A stretch of DNA of 64,000 nucleotides from Bacillota bacterium (GCA_024679955.1 JAILCQ010000001.1:8904-72903), one strand, 5' to 3'; positions 8,855 through 19,877 are shown, counted from the first letter of the stretch. Translations and numbers: made by a program. The notes: generated by a model from the letters alone, not told the origin.

Positions 8855-10195
8855 ATGGATTTGTTTGAACAAGCGGCTGCGGCCAAACAGGCGGCCAACG
8901 CGCCTTTGGCGGCGCGGATGCGGCCGGAAACCTTAGACGAATTGGTGGGACAGGAAGAGATCGTGGGCAAGGGACGGCTGCTGCGCCGCTCCATCGAAGC
9001 GGACCGGCTGACGTCCTTGATTTTCTACGGCCCGCCCGGCTGCGGCAAAACCACTTTGGCCCATATCATCGCCGGCAGCACCGCCTGCCGTTACCGGCAA
9101 TTGTCGGCGGTTACCGCCGGCGTGGCCGATATTCGCCAGGTACTGAAAGACGCCGCCGATGATCTAAAACTGTACGGGCAAAGAACGTTGCTGTTCATCG
9201 ATGAGATCCACCGTTTCAACAAAGGCCAGCAGGACGCCCTGTTGCCGGCGGTGGAAAACGGCCTGATCATTCTCATCGGCGCCACCACGGAGAATCCCTA
9301 TTTTGAAGTAAACGGGGCCTTACTATCCCGTTCGCGGATTTTCAAACTGCAGCCTTTGCAGCCGGCGCATATCATGACCCTGCTGAAACGGGCCATCGAT
9401 TCCCCCAAGGGCTTGGCCGCTTATCATGTCGTTGTAGAGGAAGACGCCCTGAAGCATTGGGCTACCCTGGCGGCGGGAGACGCCCGCACGGCCTACAATG
9501 CTTTGGAATTGGCGGTTTTGAGCACCGATCCGGACGCCGGCGGCGTGCGCCGCATCGATTTGGCCATCGCGGAGGAAAGCATACAAAGCCGCAGCATCAG
9601 CTATGACAAAGACGGCGATTGGCATTATGATGTGATCTCCGCCTTTATCAAGAGCATGCGAGGCTCCGACCCGGACGCGGTTTTGCATTGGCTGGCCCGC
9701 ATGGTGGGCGCAGGAGAAAAGCCGGAATTCATCGCCCGGCGTATCGTCATTTGCGCGGCGGAGGACGTGGGTCTGGCCGATCCCATGGCCCTGACGGTGG
9801 CCATGTCCGCAGCCCAGGCCGTGCACTTTGTGGGCTGGCCGGAAGCGCGCATCCCTCTGGCCGAGGCGGCGGTATATGTGGCCTGCGCGCCCAAGTCCAA
9901 CGCCGCCTATATGGGATTGGAAGCGGCCCGGGCCGATTTGTCGGCCGCCCCCTTTGCCGGCGTGCCCATACATTTGCGGGACGCCAACTATGAAGGGGCG
10001 AAACGCCTGGGCCATGGCGTGGGCTATAAATACCCTCACGATTATCCCCAGAATTATGTGCCGCAGCAGTATTTGCCGGAGGGCTTTGAAGATAAAGTTT
10101 ATTACCGTCCCACGGAAAACGGCCGGGAAGCCCGGATCAAAGAACGATTGTCGGAATTAAGAGAAGGAACGGATAAAGAGAAAAATAAAAAGTAA
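8855..10195 (+). CDS. rarA: Replication-associated recombination protein A (AAA+ ATPase RarA/MgsA)
   Basis: Walker A GPPGCGKTT, Walker B LLFIDEIHRF, and the MgsA C-terminal domain. GAGGA RBS before the ATG at 8855. Confidence 0.93.
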   Translation: MDLFEQAAAAKQAANAPLAARMRPETLDELVGQEEIVGKGRLLRRSIEADRLTSLIFYGPPGCGKTTLAHIIAGSTACRYRQLSAVTAGVADIRQVLKDAADDLKLYGQRTLLFIDEIHRFNKGQQDALLPAVENGLIILIGATTENPYFEVNGALLSRSRIFKLQPLQPAHIMTLLKRAIDSPKGLAAYHVVVEEDALKHWATLAAGDARTAYNALELAVLSTDPDAGGVRRIDLAIAEESIQSRSISYDKDGDWHYDVISAFIKSMRGSDPDAVLHWLARMVGAGEKPEFIARRIVICAAEDVGLADPMALTVAMSAAQAVHFVGWPEARIPLAEAAVYVACAPKSNAAYMGLEAARADLSAAPFAGVPIHLRDANYEGAKRLGHGVGYKYPHDYPQNYVPQQYLPEGFEDKVYYRPTENGREARIKERLSELREGTDKEKNKK

Positions 10196-10200
10196 AAATA

Positions 10201-10229
10201 TTGACAAATCCTTATGCAGGTGATATTAT
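10201..10229 (+). promoter_or_regulatory. Sigma-A-type promoter upstream of iscU: TTGACA-N17-TATTAT
   Basis: ttgacaaatccttatgcaggtgatattat. Confidence 0.6.
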
Positions 10230-10315
10230 TATCCAAGTGATTTAATGGGGATTAGCTGATTATTTGTATCAGCGACACGGGACTTGGCCCGCTTTTAGGA
10301 AAGGGAGAAAAAAAA

Positions 10316-10687
10316 ATGTATAATGAAACGGTATTGGATCACTTTAATAATCCGCGCAACGTGGGCGAAAGCAGCAAAAAAGACGGCGTAGGCCAGATCT
10401 CCAGCCCGGTTTGCGGCGATACCACGTTTATCTATTTGGATGTGGAAGACGGTGTGATTAAAGACGTCAAATTTAAAACCTTCGGCTGCGCGGCGGCCAT
10501 CGCTTCCTCCAGTATGCTGACCACTATGGCGGTGGGCAAAACTTTGGAAGAAGCCAAAAAAATCACCAACGAACAAATCGTGGAAGCCTTGGGCGGTTTG
10601 CCGGAAGTGAAAATCCATTGCTCCGTTTTGGCGGCTGACGCCTTGCGGGCGGCCATCGAGGATTATGAGTCGAAACATCAAGGCTGA
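10316..10687 (+). CDS. iscU: Fe-S cluster assembly scaffold protein (NifU/IscU family)
   Basis: Conserved cysteines in SPVCGD ... GCAAAI ... HCSVLA. Confidence 0.92.
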   Translation: MYNETVLDHFNNPRNVGESSKKDGVGQISSPVCGDTTFIYLDVEDGVIKDVKFKTFGCAAAIASSSMLTTMAVGKTLEEAKKITNEQIVEALGGLPEVKIHCSVLAADALRAAIEDYESKHQG

Positions 10688-10713
10688 GTTTTTTTCATTC
10701 GCCTATCAGCAAA

Positions 10714-10738
10714 AGCGGGAGTATACTCCCGCTTTTTT
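10714..10738 (+). terminator. Rho-independent terminator after iscU
   Basis: AGCGGGAGTATACTCCCGCT hairpin followed by TTTTTT. Confidence 0.8.
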
Positions 10739-10772
10739 CAATAATAATATATGTATGTGAGGTTTTGTTCGT

Positions 10773-11810
10773 ATGAAAAAAAAGGTGTTGGCGGCCATGA
10801 GCGGCGGCGTGGACAGCGGCATGACGGCCCTGCTGCTGCAAAAGCAGGGCTATGAAGTGGAAGGCGCTACCTTTGTCAACGGCTACGGCGCGCCGGCGGA
10901 AGCAGCGGCCCGTCTGGCCGGGGAAATGGGCCTCAAGCACCATGTCGTCGATATCCGCGCCCGCTTTGCCAAAGAAGTGATCGAACCTTTTGTGGCCGCA
11001 TATATGCAGGGCAATACGCCAAACCCTTGCATCGTATGCAATCAAAAAATAAAATTCAGCGTTTTTCTGCCCTTGATGGAGGAGACCGGCGCGGACTATT
11101 TTGCCACCGGCCATTATGTACGGAAGATAGAAAGGGATGGCTGCTGCTATTTGGCAAAAGCGGCGGATACGCATAAGGATCAGTCATACTTTTTATATGC
11201 CGTTCCCCAGTCCGTATTGACCAGGTGCCTATTCCCTTTGGGGGCCTATACCAAGGCGGAGATCCGCGATTTGGCGGCGGCGGCCGGTTTGAGCGCAGCC
11301 CGGCAAAAAGACAGCCAGGATATTTGCTTCATTCAGGACGATTACCGGGAGCTGCTGCGGCAAAAGGCCGGAGCGGCCTTCCGGCCGGGACCCATCGTCG
11401 ATGAAAACGGCAATGTGGTGGGCCGGCATCAGGGGTTGGCCAATTATACTCTGGGCCAAAGACGGGGCGTGCCGGTGGCTTTGGGCTACCCCGCCTATGT
11501 GACCGGGTTGGATACGGCCGGCAATACGCTGCATCTGGGCCTCAAGGAAGCCACCTACAGCAACCGCATCCGCCTGCGGGATACGGTGTTTTTCGGCGAT
11601 TACCGCCGGCAAATGCCCTTGGACGCCCAGGTGAAAGTGCGCTATAAATCCCCGGAAGCGCCGGCCCGGATAGAGGAGGACGCTTCCGGACAAATCCTCA
11701 TCCGGCTCGCCCAACCCCAAAGCGCCGTGACGCCCGGACAGTCCGCCGTATGGTATATGGGGGACGAGGTGGCCGGCGGCGGTATCGTGGCCGAAGCCTA
11801 TATGGAATAA
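10773..11810 (+). CDS. mnmA: tRNA-specific 2-thiouridylase
   Basis: PP-loop AAMSGGVDS, conserved cysteines, 345 aa. Confidence 0.93.
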   Translation: MKKKVLAAMSGGVDSGMTALLLQKQGYEVEGATFVNGYGAPAEAAARLAGEMGLKHHVVDIRARFAKEVIEPFVAAYMQGNTPNPCIVCNQKIKFSVFLPLMEETGADYFATGHYVRKIERDGCCYLAKAADTHKDQSYFLYAVPQSVLTRCLFPLGAYTKAEIRDLAAAAGLSAARQKDSQDICFIQDDYRELLRQKAGAAFRPGPIVDENGNVVGRHQGLANYTLGQRRGVPVALGYPAYVTGLDTAGNTLHLGLKEATYSNRIRLRDTVFFGDYRRQMPLDAQVKVRYKSPEAPARIEEDASGQILIRLAQPQSAVTPGQSAVWYMGDEVAGGGIVAEAYME

Positions 11811-11848
11811 AATAATTAATAATTTTTACAAGAGCTTGCCTTATTTTG

Positions 11849-11897
11849 GCCGTTTTTTTCGTTGCTTTTTTTGCGAAAAAAACGGCTATTTTTTTTG
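11849..11897 (+). terminator. Rho-independent terminator after mnmA
   Basis: GCCGTTTTTTTCG...CGAAAAAAACGGC hairpin followed by a long T tract. Confidence 0.8.
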
Positions 11898-11951
11898 CTT
11901 TGGGAAAGAATAAAAAAGCCGGCACATTGAATCATAGATGAGGGTTAACGT

Positions 11952-12416
11952 ATGCTTAGTGGCAGACAGCTCAAGGGTCTGGCGGTCAAATCGGCCCAGG
12001 GCAGGGAAATCGGCCGCATAACAGATTTGGTTTTCGACAAGCACAGCGGCAGGCTTTGCGGTTTTACCGTAAACGACCATGGCTTGATCAGCAAGAATCG
12101 CTATTTGCCTCTGGAAGCGGTAGCGGATATCAGTTTGCAGGGCGTGATCAGCGAAAAGAAAGAATTCCGTTTCGCTTTACCGCCCCATCTGGCCACTTTG
12201 TCCGACTTGAACTGGCGGGGCAGTTTGATCCATGACCGGTCGGGCCGGGACAAAGGATCGGTGGCCGATGTGTTCATCGAAAACGGCGATCTGGCCGGTT
12301 TTGAGGTGTCCAACGGCATGATCGGCGATTTGTTTCAGAGGCGAGGCTTTCTGCCGCTGTCGCAGGCCAAATTATCGGAAGGGACGATCCAGGAAGTATC
12401 GGGGGTGTGGAAATGA
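11952..12416 (+). CDS. PRC-barrel domain protein (YlmC/YmxH-like, duplicated)
   Basis: Two PRC-barrel-like halves (GREIGRITDLVFD..., KGSVADVFIENGDLAGFEV). Confidence 0.6.
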   Translation: MLSGRQLKGLAVKSAQGREIGRITDLVFDKHSGRLCGFTVNDHGLISKNRYLPLEAVADISLQGVISEKKEFRFALPPHLATLSDLNWRGSLIHDRSGRDKGSVADVFIENGDLAGFEVSNGMIGDLFQRRGFLPLSQAKLSEGTIQEVSGVWK

Positions 12417-12625
12417 AAAACAACGGCAGTTACAAATCTTTTTTGACCGGCGCTATGTTGGGCGCTTTGGGCTTGGGCGTAGCCGGCATGGCTGTAATGG
12501 GCAAAGGCAAGCCGTCGATCCGGAAAGCCCGCATGAACGCGGCCAATATGACGTCGCGCATCTCTCATGAGGCGGGCGAGAGGATCAGCAATGCGGGGGA
12601 CGCCTTGGCCAATCGGATGCGCTGA
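12407..12625 (+). CDS. Small membrane/Gly-rich protein, unknown function
   Basis: 72-aa ORF whose start overlaps the stop of the upstream gene. Contains a TM-like GAMLGALGLGVAGMAV segment. Confidence 0.45.
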   Translation: MEMKNNGSYKSFLTGAMLGALGLGVAGMAVMGKGKPSIRKARMNAANMTSRISHEAGERISNAGDALANRMR

Positions 12626-12677
12626 CAGGGGAACGGCTTCGGCCGTTCCTACATAAATGCGGGGCGGAGGCGGCGAT

Positions 12678-13727
12678 ATGCAGGGGATACGCAGCGGAAA
12701 AAGTAAAAAAATGCTATGGACCGGCGCAGGCGTCGCGGTTTTGATCCTGCTGCTGGCGCTGATCTGGCCGGTGGCCGCCCCTTTCTTTTTCGCCATGGTT
12801 TTCGCCTATTTGCTGCGGCCTTTGATCAATCTTTTGCTGGAAAAAAACTTTTCCGCCGGTTCGGCCATTTTTTTGATCTACGCCCTGGTTTTTACCGTTT
12901 TGGCCCTGCTGATATGGCTGTTGATACCCCCTTTACTGGAACAGGGTCGTTTGCTGCTGGCTTATCTGCCAGAGCTTTTGCAGCAATTGTTGAATGCCTG
13001 GAGCGCCTTGCTGCGGGAAATGGAACGGATCCCCCTTCCTTCCGGTTTTATGGAGGGAATAGACCGCAGCGTTTTGTCAGTGGAAACGATGATCAGCGAC
13101 AAGATATCCCAGGCGGCCCTGGCTTTTCCTTCTTTGGTGAAATGGCTGCTGTATTTGCTGCTGGCGCCGGTGCTGAGTTATTATTTTTTGCGGGACAAAG
13201 GGGCGATCAAGCGGCGTTTGATCAGCTGGATCTCCGCGGAAAACCGGATGGAGATTTTGCGCCTGGCCGGGGATATCGATCATTTGCTGCGGCAATTCAT
13301 TTACGGCTATTTGCTGGTGTCTTTGGTTTTGGCCGTCCTTACCGCCGCGTATCTTTCGATCATCGGCGTGAACTATGCTTTGGTTTTGGGTTTGCTGATG
13401 GGGATCGCCGATTTGATCCCTTATTTCGGTCCGTTTTTAGGGGCGATACCGGCGGTTTTGATCGCTTTGGCCGAAAGCCCCAAACTGGCCTTGCTCACTG
13501 CCGCCGGTTTGCTGATGCTGCAGCAATTGGAAGGTTTGGCCATTACCCCGCTGATCATGGGGGACCGCATCGGCATGCATCCTTTGGTCACGATTTTTTC
13601 CGTGATGGCGGGGGCGTATTTTTTCGGCGTAGCCGGGGCTGTTCTGGCTGTTCCCGCCGCCGCTTCCTTAAGTTTGATCCTTCGCTACGGCTACAGCCGC
13701 ATGGTAGGATATAGAGAAAAGCTATAA
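12678..13727 (+). CDS. AI-2E family transporter (PerM/YtvI-like)
   Basis: Multi-TM protein with AI-2E family motifs (DLIPYFGPFLGAIPAVLIAL, ITPLIMG). GGAGG RBS before the ATG at 12678. Confidence 0.85.
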   Translation: MQGIRSGKSKKMLWTGAGVAVLILLLALIWPVAAPFFFAMVFAYLLRPLINLLLEKNFSAGSAIFLIYALVFTVLALLIWLLIPPLLEQGRLLLAYLPELLQQLLNAWSALLREMERIPLPSGFMEGIDRSVLSVETMISDKISQAALAFPSLVKWLLYLLLAPVLSYYFLRDKGAIKRRLISWISAENRMEILRLAGDIDHLLRQFIYGYLLVSLVLAVLTAAYLSIIGVNYALVLGLLMGIADLIPYFGPFLGAIPAVLIALAESPKLALLTAAGLLMLQQLEGLAITPLIMGDRIGMHPLVTIFSVMAGAYFFGVAGAVLAVPAAASLSLILRYGYSRMVGYREKL

Positions 13728-13759
13728 AAATTTGGGCGCTTTATTCCCAGCTATATAAA

Positions 13760-13789
13760 GGCGCGGACAGCTTTCAAGCTGCCCGCGCC
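13760..13789. terminator. Bidirectional hairpin between convergent genes
   Basis: GGCGCGGACAGCTTTCAAGCTGCCCGCGCC palindromic stem-loop between the AI-2E gene (+) and the SLH gene (-). Confidence 0.5.
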
Positions 13790-13849
13790 TTGCCGTTCTG
13801 ATCCATATCTTTTTTTCTATGCCCCGGGATAGGGGTACTGGGGAGAAAA

Positions 13850-15466
13850 TCAATATCCCCAGCTTACCAGTTCCCAGTCGCCTCCCTCGGCCCGGGCCAG
13901 CCACCACTGGTAATCTTTGTATTCATGATCCGGCTCCCATGCCGTCCCTTCCAGATCGCTTTCATCCTTGGGAGAATGGAAATCCGTCAGGAATTCGATG
14001 CATTGAGTATAATTCTTTCCCTCTTTCAGGCTGTTCAACCATTTGATATTTTCCGCACTGTTGCATTCGTCGCCTGCATAGCGGACGCTGTGGAGCTGGC
14101 AGCCCGTCCATTTGTCGAACTCCCCATGGATGCGTTCAATGGCCGCATCCATTTCTTCCTGGGTGTACAGCTCGGAGGTTCCATAGTCCACGGCGGCTTC
14201 CGCCCCTTCTTCATCAGCGGGCGGGTTGATCGGGGTCACGCCGCCCTGTTCCAGGGCGTCGCAGAACCGTTGGAGCATGGTGGCGATCTGCGCCCGGGTG
14301 GCGTTGGCGGCGGGGCTGAGCCGGTTATTGCCTACGCCCTGGACGATGCCTTCCTGCACAGCCCAGCGGAAAGCCTCCACGGCCCAGGAACTGATACTTA
14401 AGGCGTCGTCATAGTCCAGAATATTGGCGTCAATGCTCAGCTCTACGCCTTTGAACTGCAAATAGCGGTAGAGGATGGCCACGATCTGTTCGCGGGTGAT
14501 GGAAGCGTTGGGGGAAAATGTGGCGTCGCCGGTACCGTTGACCACTTTGTTCTTGGCCGCCCAGTTGACAGCCTGCTGATACCAGCTGCCTTTCTCCACA
14601 TCGGCGAAGGCGGCGTCTGTGCCAGCGGCGGGCTCGCCCTCGATCCGCCAGAGCATGGTGACCACCATGGCCCGGGTGGCAACGCCGTTCGGGGCGAATT
14701 TGCCGCTGCCCACGCCGTTCATCACGCCGTTGGCCAGGGCCCAGTGGACGCCGTCATGGTACCAGGCGGTGGGGGTGGCGTCTTGGAATTGGCTGATCGG
14801 GCAGGTATCGTCCTGCGGACAAACTTCGTCTTCGTCCGTATCCGCTGCGCCGGCTTCGGCCACAGGGCCCAGGCCGGTCATCTCGCCCACTTCCGCTTCG
14901 TCTTTGAACACTTTGACCGCCAGGGATTTCCCCAAATCGGCTTCTTGTATGGTATAGGTCAAGCCGGCAGCGCCTTCGATGGGAGTCAGGTCATGGAGTT
15001 CGCCGCCCTCCTCGTTGACGGTGACCGTGTCATAGTACCATTGATAGGTCAGGCCTTTGGCGTCTTCCGGATCGGGCTGCAGGTTCAGCACGGCCCCGGG
15101 GATAAAATCGTTTTCGCTCCAGACGCCCAGGCCGATCAGGTCGGTGGTATGCGCCAGGGTCTGAGGTTCGCCGGCGTCCGCCTGGATGCGGGTGTATATC
15201 ACATAAGCCGTGGCGGGGGTCAGGTTGTCGAAGGTGACAAAGCCGTCCGCCGGCGCTACCGTCTTGCTCCAGTCTGGATCAGCGCCCTTCAGTGCGATGA
15301 CGTATTCCTGTCCTTCCACCGCTTTGACCACGACAGAGGTGGGATCCCACATGCTCAGCTCGGGGGCTTGGGCCTGGCCTCCGGCCGCCCAGGCCGGGAG
15401 GGAAAGCCCCGCCGTCAGAAGCAGAAGCAACACAAGCATGGTGCAGCGTCGAATCATTTTTGCCAT
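13850..15466 (-). CDS. Secreted S-layer-homology (SLH) domain surface protein
   Basis: N-terminal signal peptide. The C-terminal ~180 aa contain three tandem SLH repeats (...RAMVVTMLWR..., ...REQIVAILYRY..., ...RAQIATMLQRF...). The start is ambiguous between the ATGs at 15472 and 15466; the second has better RBS spacing. Confidence 0.8.
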   Translation of the reverse strand: MAKMIRRCTMLVLLLLLTAGLSLPAWAAGGQAQAPELSMWDPTSVVVKAVEGQEYVIALKGADPDWSKTVAPADGFVTFDNLTPATAYVIYTRIQADAGEPQTLAHTTDLIGLGVWSENDFIPGAVLNLQPDPEDAKGLTYQWYYDTVTVNEEGGELHDLTPIEGAAGLTYTIQEADLGKSLAVKVFKDEAEVGEMTGLGPVAEAGAADTDEDEVCPQDDTCPISQFQDATPTAWYHDGVHWALANGVMNGVGSGKFAPNGVATRAMVVTMLWRIEGEPAAGTDAAFADVEKGSWYQQAVNWAAKNKVVNGTGDATFSPNASITREQIVAILYRYLQFKGVELSIDANILDYDDALSISSWAVEAFRWAVQEGIVQGVGNNRLSPAANATRAQIATMLQRFCDALEQGGVTPINPPADEEGAEAAVDYGTSELYTQEEMDAAIERIHGEFDKWTGCQLHSVRYAGDECNSAENIKWLNSLKEGKNYTQCIEFLTDFHSPKDESDLEGTAWEPDHEYKDYQWWLARAEGGDWELVSWGY

Positions 15467-15806
15467 TTTCATTCTTCCTTTCGTTCATAGATGTGTAGTA
15501 GATGCGGATGCTTGTTTTGCATACATTCTAACACACAACGGTGGATTTGTCTATTTCGGCAGCATCTTTTCATGCTTGACGCAGCAAAAGATCAACATCT
15601 GCTGATTCCGGGAGTACATTCCTTGGCCATGGTTTTCCCCGCTGTGGCGGGGCGGATTTTCCAGGCGGCGCCCGGATGCGTCTATAGCCGGCCGGGCTGG
15701 ATTATAGAGAGAAAAATTATAAAAAAAGGGTGTAAATTTTCAATATGTATGATAAAATATGTAATTAGATATTATCTGGAAATCTATGTTTAAAGGAGAA
15801 TCGGCT

Positions 15807-18455
15807 ATGAAATACATGACCGGCAAAGAAATCCGGGAAAGCTTTTTACAATACTTCGAGTCCAAGGGCCATAAACGGGTACCCAGCTCGCCGTTGGTGC
15901 CGTATAACGACGCCAGCTTGCTGTTTACCAACGCCGGCATGGTGCAATTCAAAGACGTGTTTTTAGGCATGGACAAACGGGATTACACCAGAGCCACCAC
16001 CGCCCAGCGTTGCCTGCGGGCAGGGGGCAAACATAATGACTTGGACACGGTAGGCCGTACCGCGCGCCATCATACTTTTTTTGAAATGATGGGCAATTTT
16101 TCTTTCGGCGATTATTTCAAGCGGGACGCCATTACCTTTGCCTGGGAATATCTGACCACGGTTCTGGAAATGCCCAAGGATAAATTATATGTCACCGTAT
16201 ATGAAGAAGACGACGAAGCCGCCGCCTTATGGCAGGAGATCACCGGCATGGATCCGGAGCGGATTTTCCGTATCGGCGCCAAGGACAATTTCTGGGCCAT
16301 GGGCGATACCGGCCCTTGCGGCCCCTGCAGTGAAATCTTTTTCGACCGGGGCGAGCAATACGGCTGCGACGCGCCGGAATGCGGTATCGGCAAATGCGAT
16401 TGCGACCGCTGGATGGAAATCTGGAACCTGGTGTTCATGCAATTCAACCGGGACGCCGACGGCAATCTGACGCCTTTGCCCCGTCCCAGCATCGATACGG
16501 GCATGGGTCTGGAACGGGTGGCTTCCATTCTGCAGCATGTGGACAGCAACTATGATACGGATATCATGCGGGACATCATCCACGGCGTGGAAGAGCTGTG
16601 CGGACAGCCCTATCATGGAGACCATCGGGGCTTTCCTTTCCGGGTGATCGCCGACCATGCCAGAGCCTGCTCCTTCATGATCGCCGACGGCATCATTCCT
16701 TCCAATGAAGGCAGGGGTTACGTCCTGCGGCGTATTTTGCGCCGCGCCGCCCGTTTCGGTCTGGTATTGGGCATGGACGAACCTTTCTTATACAAAGTGT
16801 TCCCCTATGTCAAGGCTTCTTTGGCCGACCATTATCCGGAATTGATCCGGGAAGAAGAGAACATCGTCCGCGCCATCAAGATGGAAGAGGAACGTTTCCA
16901 TCAGACCCTGAAGGCGGGTATGAATATTACCAAGGGCATTGTGGAACGGATGAAAAAAGCCGGCCAAACCGAGATTTCCGGCGACGATTTGTTCACGCTG
17001 TACGACACCTTTGGTTTCCCCCTGGATCTGGCCAAGGATATCGCGGAAGAAAACGGCTTCACCCTGGATGAAAAGGGTTTTGAGGCCGCTATGGACGCCC
17101 AACGGAAAAAATCCCAAAGCGCCAAGTCCGATCAGGATCAGGAAGAGCAGTATATCCATCTCAGCCAGGTTTTGGCCCATGTGCCGGCCGGCGTTTTCAC
17201 CGGATATCAGCAATTCAGCGGCCAGGGCAAGATCATCGCTTTGGTGGTGAACGGCGAAGAAGTGGAGGAAGCGCAAGGAAACGCCGAAGGCTGGTTGGCC
17301 TTGGACAGCACGCCTTTTTATGGCGAAAGCGGCGGCCAGGTAGGGGATGTGGGCGTGATCGGCGACGCCGAGATTTTGGATACCCAAAAACTGCCTAACG
17401 GCTTGATGGTGCATCAGTTCCGCTTGAACGGCGGCAAGCTGGCTGTGGGACAAACGGTGGAGGCCGCGGTGGATGAGGAAAGAAGAATGGCCATCGCCCG
17501 CCACCATTCCGCCACCCACTTGCTGCATCGCGCTTTGCGTATGACCCTGGGCGAGCAGCTGCATCAGGCCGGCTCCCATGTGAATGAAGAAAGATTGCGT
17601 TTTGACTTCAACCATTTTGAACCGATTTCCGCGGAAGACCTGCGCAAGATCGAGGACGAAGTGAACCGGCAGATCTTGGCCGATTTGCCCATTACCAAGC
17701 AGGAGATGGCCTTGGAAGACGCCAAAGCCACCGGCGCCATGGCCTTCTTCGGCGATAAATACGGCGATGTGGTGCGTTTGATCTCCATGGGCGATTTCAG
17801 TAAAGAATTGTGCGGCGGCACCCACTGCGACCGCACCGGCCAATTGGGCAGCGTAAAGATCATCAGCGAAACCGGCATCGGCGCGGGCATGCGCCGTATC
17901 GAAGCGGTGGCCGGCGCCCAGGCCCGCGCCTTGTATAAACGGCAGGAAGAAAAACTGGACGCCATAGCGGCGCTGCTGAAGACCTCCACCGGCGATGTGG
18001 AAAGACGTTTGGAACAGATTTTGGCGGAAAACCGTTCTTTGTCCAAAGAATTGGAGAAAATGCAGGCCAAATTGGCTGCGGACAGCATCGGCGAAATCTG
18101 GCAAAAAGCCGTGAATATCAACGGGGTCAACGCCCTGTGCGTACAAGTGCCCGCCGCCGATATGGCCACCCTGCGCAGCACCGTGGATATGCTGCGGGAT
18201 AAATTGCAGGATTATCTGATCGTGGCTGCCGCCGTGACCGAAGATAAGGTACAGTTTGTGGTCACCGTTTCGGAAAAAGCGCAAAAAGCCGGTTGCCACG
18301 CCGGACAGATCATCAAAGAAGTGGCCGCCATTTGCGACGGCAAAGGCGGCGGCCGGGCGGATATGGCGCAGGCCGGCGGTAAGAATACGGATCAAGGCAA
18401 GATCGACCAGGCCCTGGCCAAGGCGGAAGCGCTGATCCGCGAGAAATTGCAGTAA
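15807..18455 (+). CDS. alaS: Alanine--tRNA ligase
   Basis: AlaRS catalytic, editing ([15 protein letters not shown]) and C-terminal DHHA1 domains. AAAGGAGAA RBS before the ATG at 15807. Confidence 0.97.
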   Translation: MKYMTGKEIRESFLQYFESKGHKRVPSSPLVPYNDASLLFTNAGMVQFKDVFLGMDKRDYTRATTAQRCLRAGGKHNDLDTVGRTARHHTFFEMMGNFSFGDYFKRDAITFAWEYLTTVLEMPKDKLYVTVYEEDDEAAALWQEITGMDPERIFRIGAKDNFWAMGDTGPCGPCSEIFFDRGEQYGCDAPECGIGKCDCDRWMEIWNLVFMQFNRDADGNLTPLPRPSIDTGMGLERVASILQHVDSNYDTDIMRDIIHGVEELCGQPYHGDHRGFPFRVIADHARACSFMIADGIIPSNEGRGYVLRRILRRAARFGLVLGMDEPFLYKVFPYVKASLADHYPELIREEENIVRAIKMEEERFHQTLKAGMNITKGIVERMKKAGQTEISGDDLFTLYDTFGFPLDLAKDIAEENGFTLDEKGFEAAMDAQRKKSQSAKSDQDQEEQYIHLSQVLAHVPAGVFTGYQQFSGQGKIIALVVNGEEVEEAQGNAEGWLALDSTPFYGESGGQVGDVGVIGDAEILDTQKLPNGLMVHQFRLNGGKLAVGQTVEAAVDEERRMAIARHHSATHLLHRALRMTLGEQLHQAGSHVNEERLRFDFNHFEPISAEDLRKIEDEVNRQILADLPITKQEMALEDAKATGAMAFFGDKYGDVVRLISMGDFSKELCGGTHCDRTGQLGSVKIISETGIGAGMRRIEAVAGAQARALYKRQEEKLDAIAALLKTSTGDVERRLEQILAENRSLSKELEKMQAKLAADSIGEIWQKAVNINGVNALCVQVPAADMATLRSTVDMLRDKLQDYLIVAAAVTEDKVQFVVTVSEKAQKAGCHAGQIIKEVAAICDGKGGGRADMAQAGGKNTDQGKIDQALAKAEALIREKLQ

Positions 18456-18516
18456 ACGGTTTCTGCTTGAAACTTTCTTGAAATGTGGAGGATTAACGGC
18501 AAAGGAGGCGGTTTCC

Positions 18517-18807
18517 ATGGCGGATGATTTGAATTTTTCCGGAAAAAGCAGTCCCAAACTGGATGAGACCATGACTTTTCGGGTGCGGGGCGAGGAAGAA
18601 TTGCATCCCGGCGATGTGTTGAAAACCGTTTATGCGGCGTTGCGCGAAAAAGGCTATAATCCCATCAATCAATTGGTCGGCTATCTGATTTCCGGCGATC
18701 CGGCTTATATCACCAGCCACAAACAAGCGCGCAGCTTGATTCGCAGAGTGGAAAGAGACGATTTGATCGAGGAATTGGTTTCCGCCTATTTGCGGGATAT
18801 CCGTTGA
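18517..18807 (+). CDS. ireB: IreB-family regulatory phosphoprotein (UPF0297/YrzL)
   Basis: Conserved ~90-aa protein ([31 protein letters not shown]) immediately after alaS, as in Bacillus. GGAGG RBS. Confidence 0.85.
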   Translation: MADDLNFSGKSSPKLDETMTFRVRGEEELHPGDVLKTVYAALREKGYNPINQLVGYLISGDPAYITSHKQARSLIRRVERDDLIEELVSAYLRDIR

Positions 18808-18926
18808 CCGGCGGGCCATAGATTGCGGCGTTGGCTTACAGACGGCCTTTGGGGCAGAGCGGGCAGGATGCGTTTGCCCGCTGTTGCGGAGGCCGGCGGC
18901 AGGACCGGCGTACGCCGGGAGGGAAT

Positions 18927-19877
18927 ATGGAATACCGGCCTTTGGGCAAAACGGGTTTGACGATGTCGCGTATCGCCTTTGGCGCTTTGACCATGGGCCC
19001 TTTGGGCGCGAATTTATCTCCGGACCAGGCGGCGGCTTTGCTGGAGCATGCCTTGGATTCCGGCGTCAACTTTATCGATACGGCGCAGCATTATCGCAAT
19101 TATTCCCTTTTGGCGCCGGCGCTTTTCGATCGCGGCCAGCCGCTGATCATTGCTTGCCGTTCCTTTGCCGCCAGCTACGAGGAAATGGCTTTCGCGGTGG
19201 AAGAGGCCCGCATCGGCCTGCAAAGAAATAAGATCGAAATTTTCATGCTGCATGAGATCCGCAATATGGCGGATTTCCGAGAGCGGGCCGGCGCTTGGCA
19301 ATATTTGCGGGACGCCAAGGCGGTGGGCGTGATCGGCTCCATCGGTATATCCACCCACAGCGCCCAAGTGGCGGAAGCCGCCGCCGCGATAGAGGGCATG
19401 GAAGTGGTGCATGTTTTGCTCAATTGCCGCGGCGTCGGTATTTTGGACGGCGATTTGGCGGATATGCTGCGGGCCGTGGCCAAACTGCGCCGGGCCGGCA
19501 TAGGCGTATACGGCATGAAAATACTCGGCGGCGGCGCGCTGATGCATCAGGCCAGGGAGGCCTTCCGCTGGTTCCTGGCCCAGGATGATTTATCCGGAGC
19601 CGCCGTTGGTTTTCGCGATCCGGCGGAAATTGACGCGGCCTGCGCCTATTTGCAAGGCCGGGATTATGCGGAGGAACAAAAGATATCCGTTTTGGATCGG
19701 AATCTGGTGTTTGACAAAGAACCCCGCTGCCACGGCTGCGGCAAATGCGTAAGACGCTGTCCCCAAGGCGCGCTGACCCTGGATGAAAACCGGCAGGCGG
19801 TTTGGAATAAATCCTTATGCCTGTTTTGCGGGTATTGTATCGGCGAATGCCCTTGGTTTTGTATTTCGTTTTGTTGA
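18927..19877 (+). CDS. Aldo/keto reductase fused to a C-terminal 2x[4Fe-4S] ferredoxin domain
   Basis: AKR N-terminus (MEYRPLGKTGL...IDTAQHYRN) plus C-terminal CHGCGKCVRRCP and CLFCGYCIGECP motifs. Confidence 0.8.
   Translation: MEYRPLGKTGLTMSRIAFGALTMGPLGANLSPDQAAALLEHALDSGVNFIDTAQHYRNYSLLAPALFDRGQPLIIACRSFAASYEEMAFAVEEARIGLQRNKIEIFMLHEIRNMADFRERAGAWQYLRDAKAVGVIGSIGISTHSAQVAEAAAAIEGMEVVHVLLNCRGVGILDGDLADMLRAVAKLRRAGIGVYGMKILGGGALMHQAREAFRWFLAQDDLSGAAVGFRDPAEIDAACAYLQGRDYAEEQKISVLDRNLVFDKEPRCHGCGKCVRRCPQGALTLDENRQAVWNKSLCLFCGYCIGECPWFCISFC

Noticed and set aside
12716-13714. 332-aa alternate-frame ORF inside the AI-2E transporter gene
   Set aside because: Arg/Gly-rich composition typical of off-frame GC-rich sequence. 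The AI-2E frame has the clear TM/family signal.
15491-15793. 100-aa ORF in the alaS leader
   Set aside because: Cys/Ile-rich AT-driven composition, no RBS. More likely a noncoding leader.
15473-15806. T-box riboswitch upstream of alaS
   Set aside because: I looked for the conserved antiterminator T-box sequence (AGGGUGGNACCGCG) and a specifier-loop context and found neither.
16788-18572. 594-aa minus-strand ORF antisense to alaS
   Set aside because: Antisense to a universally conserved gene, with no start context.
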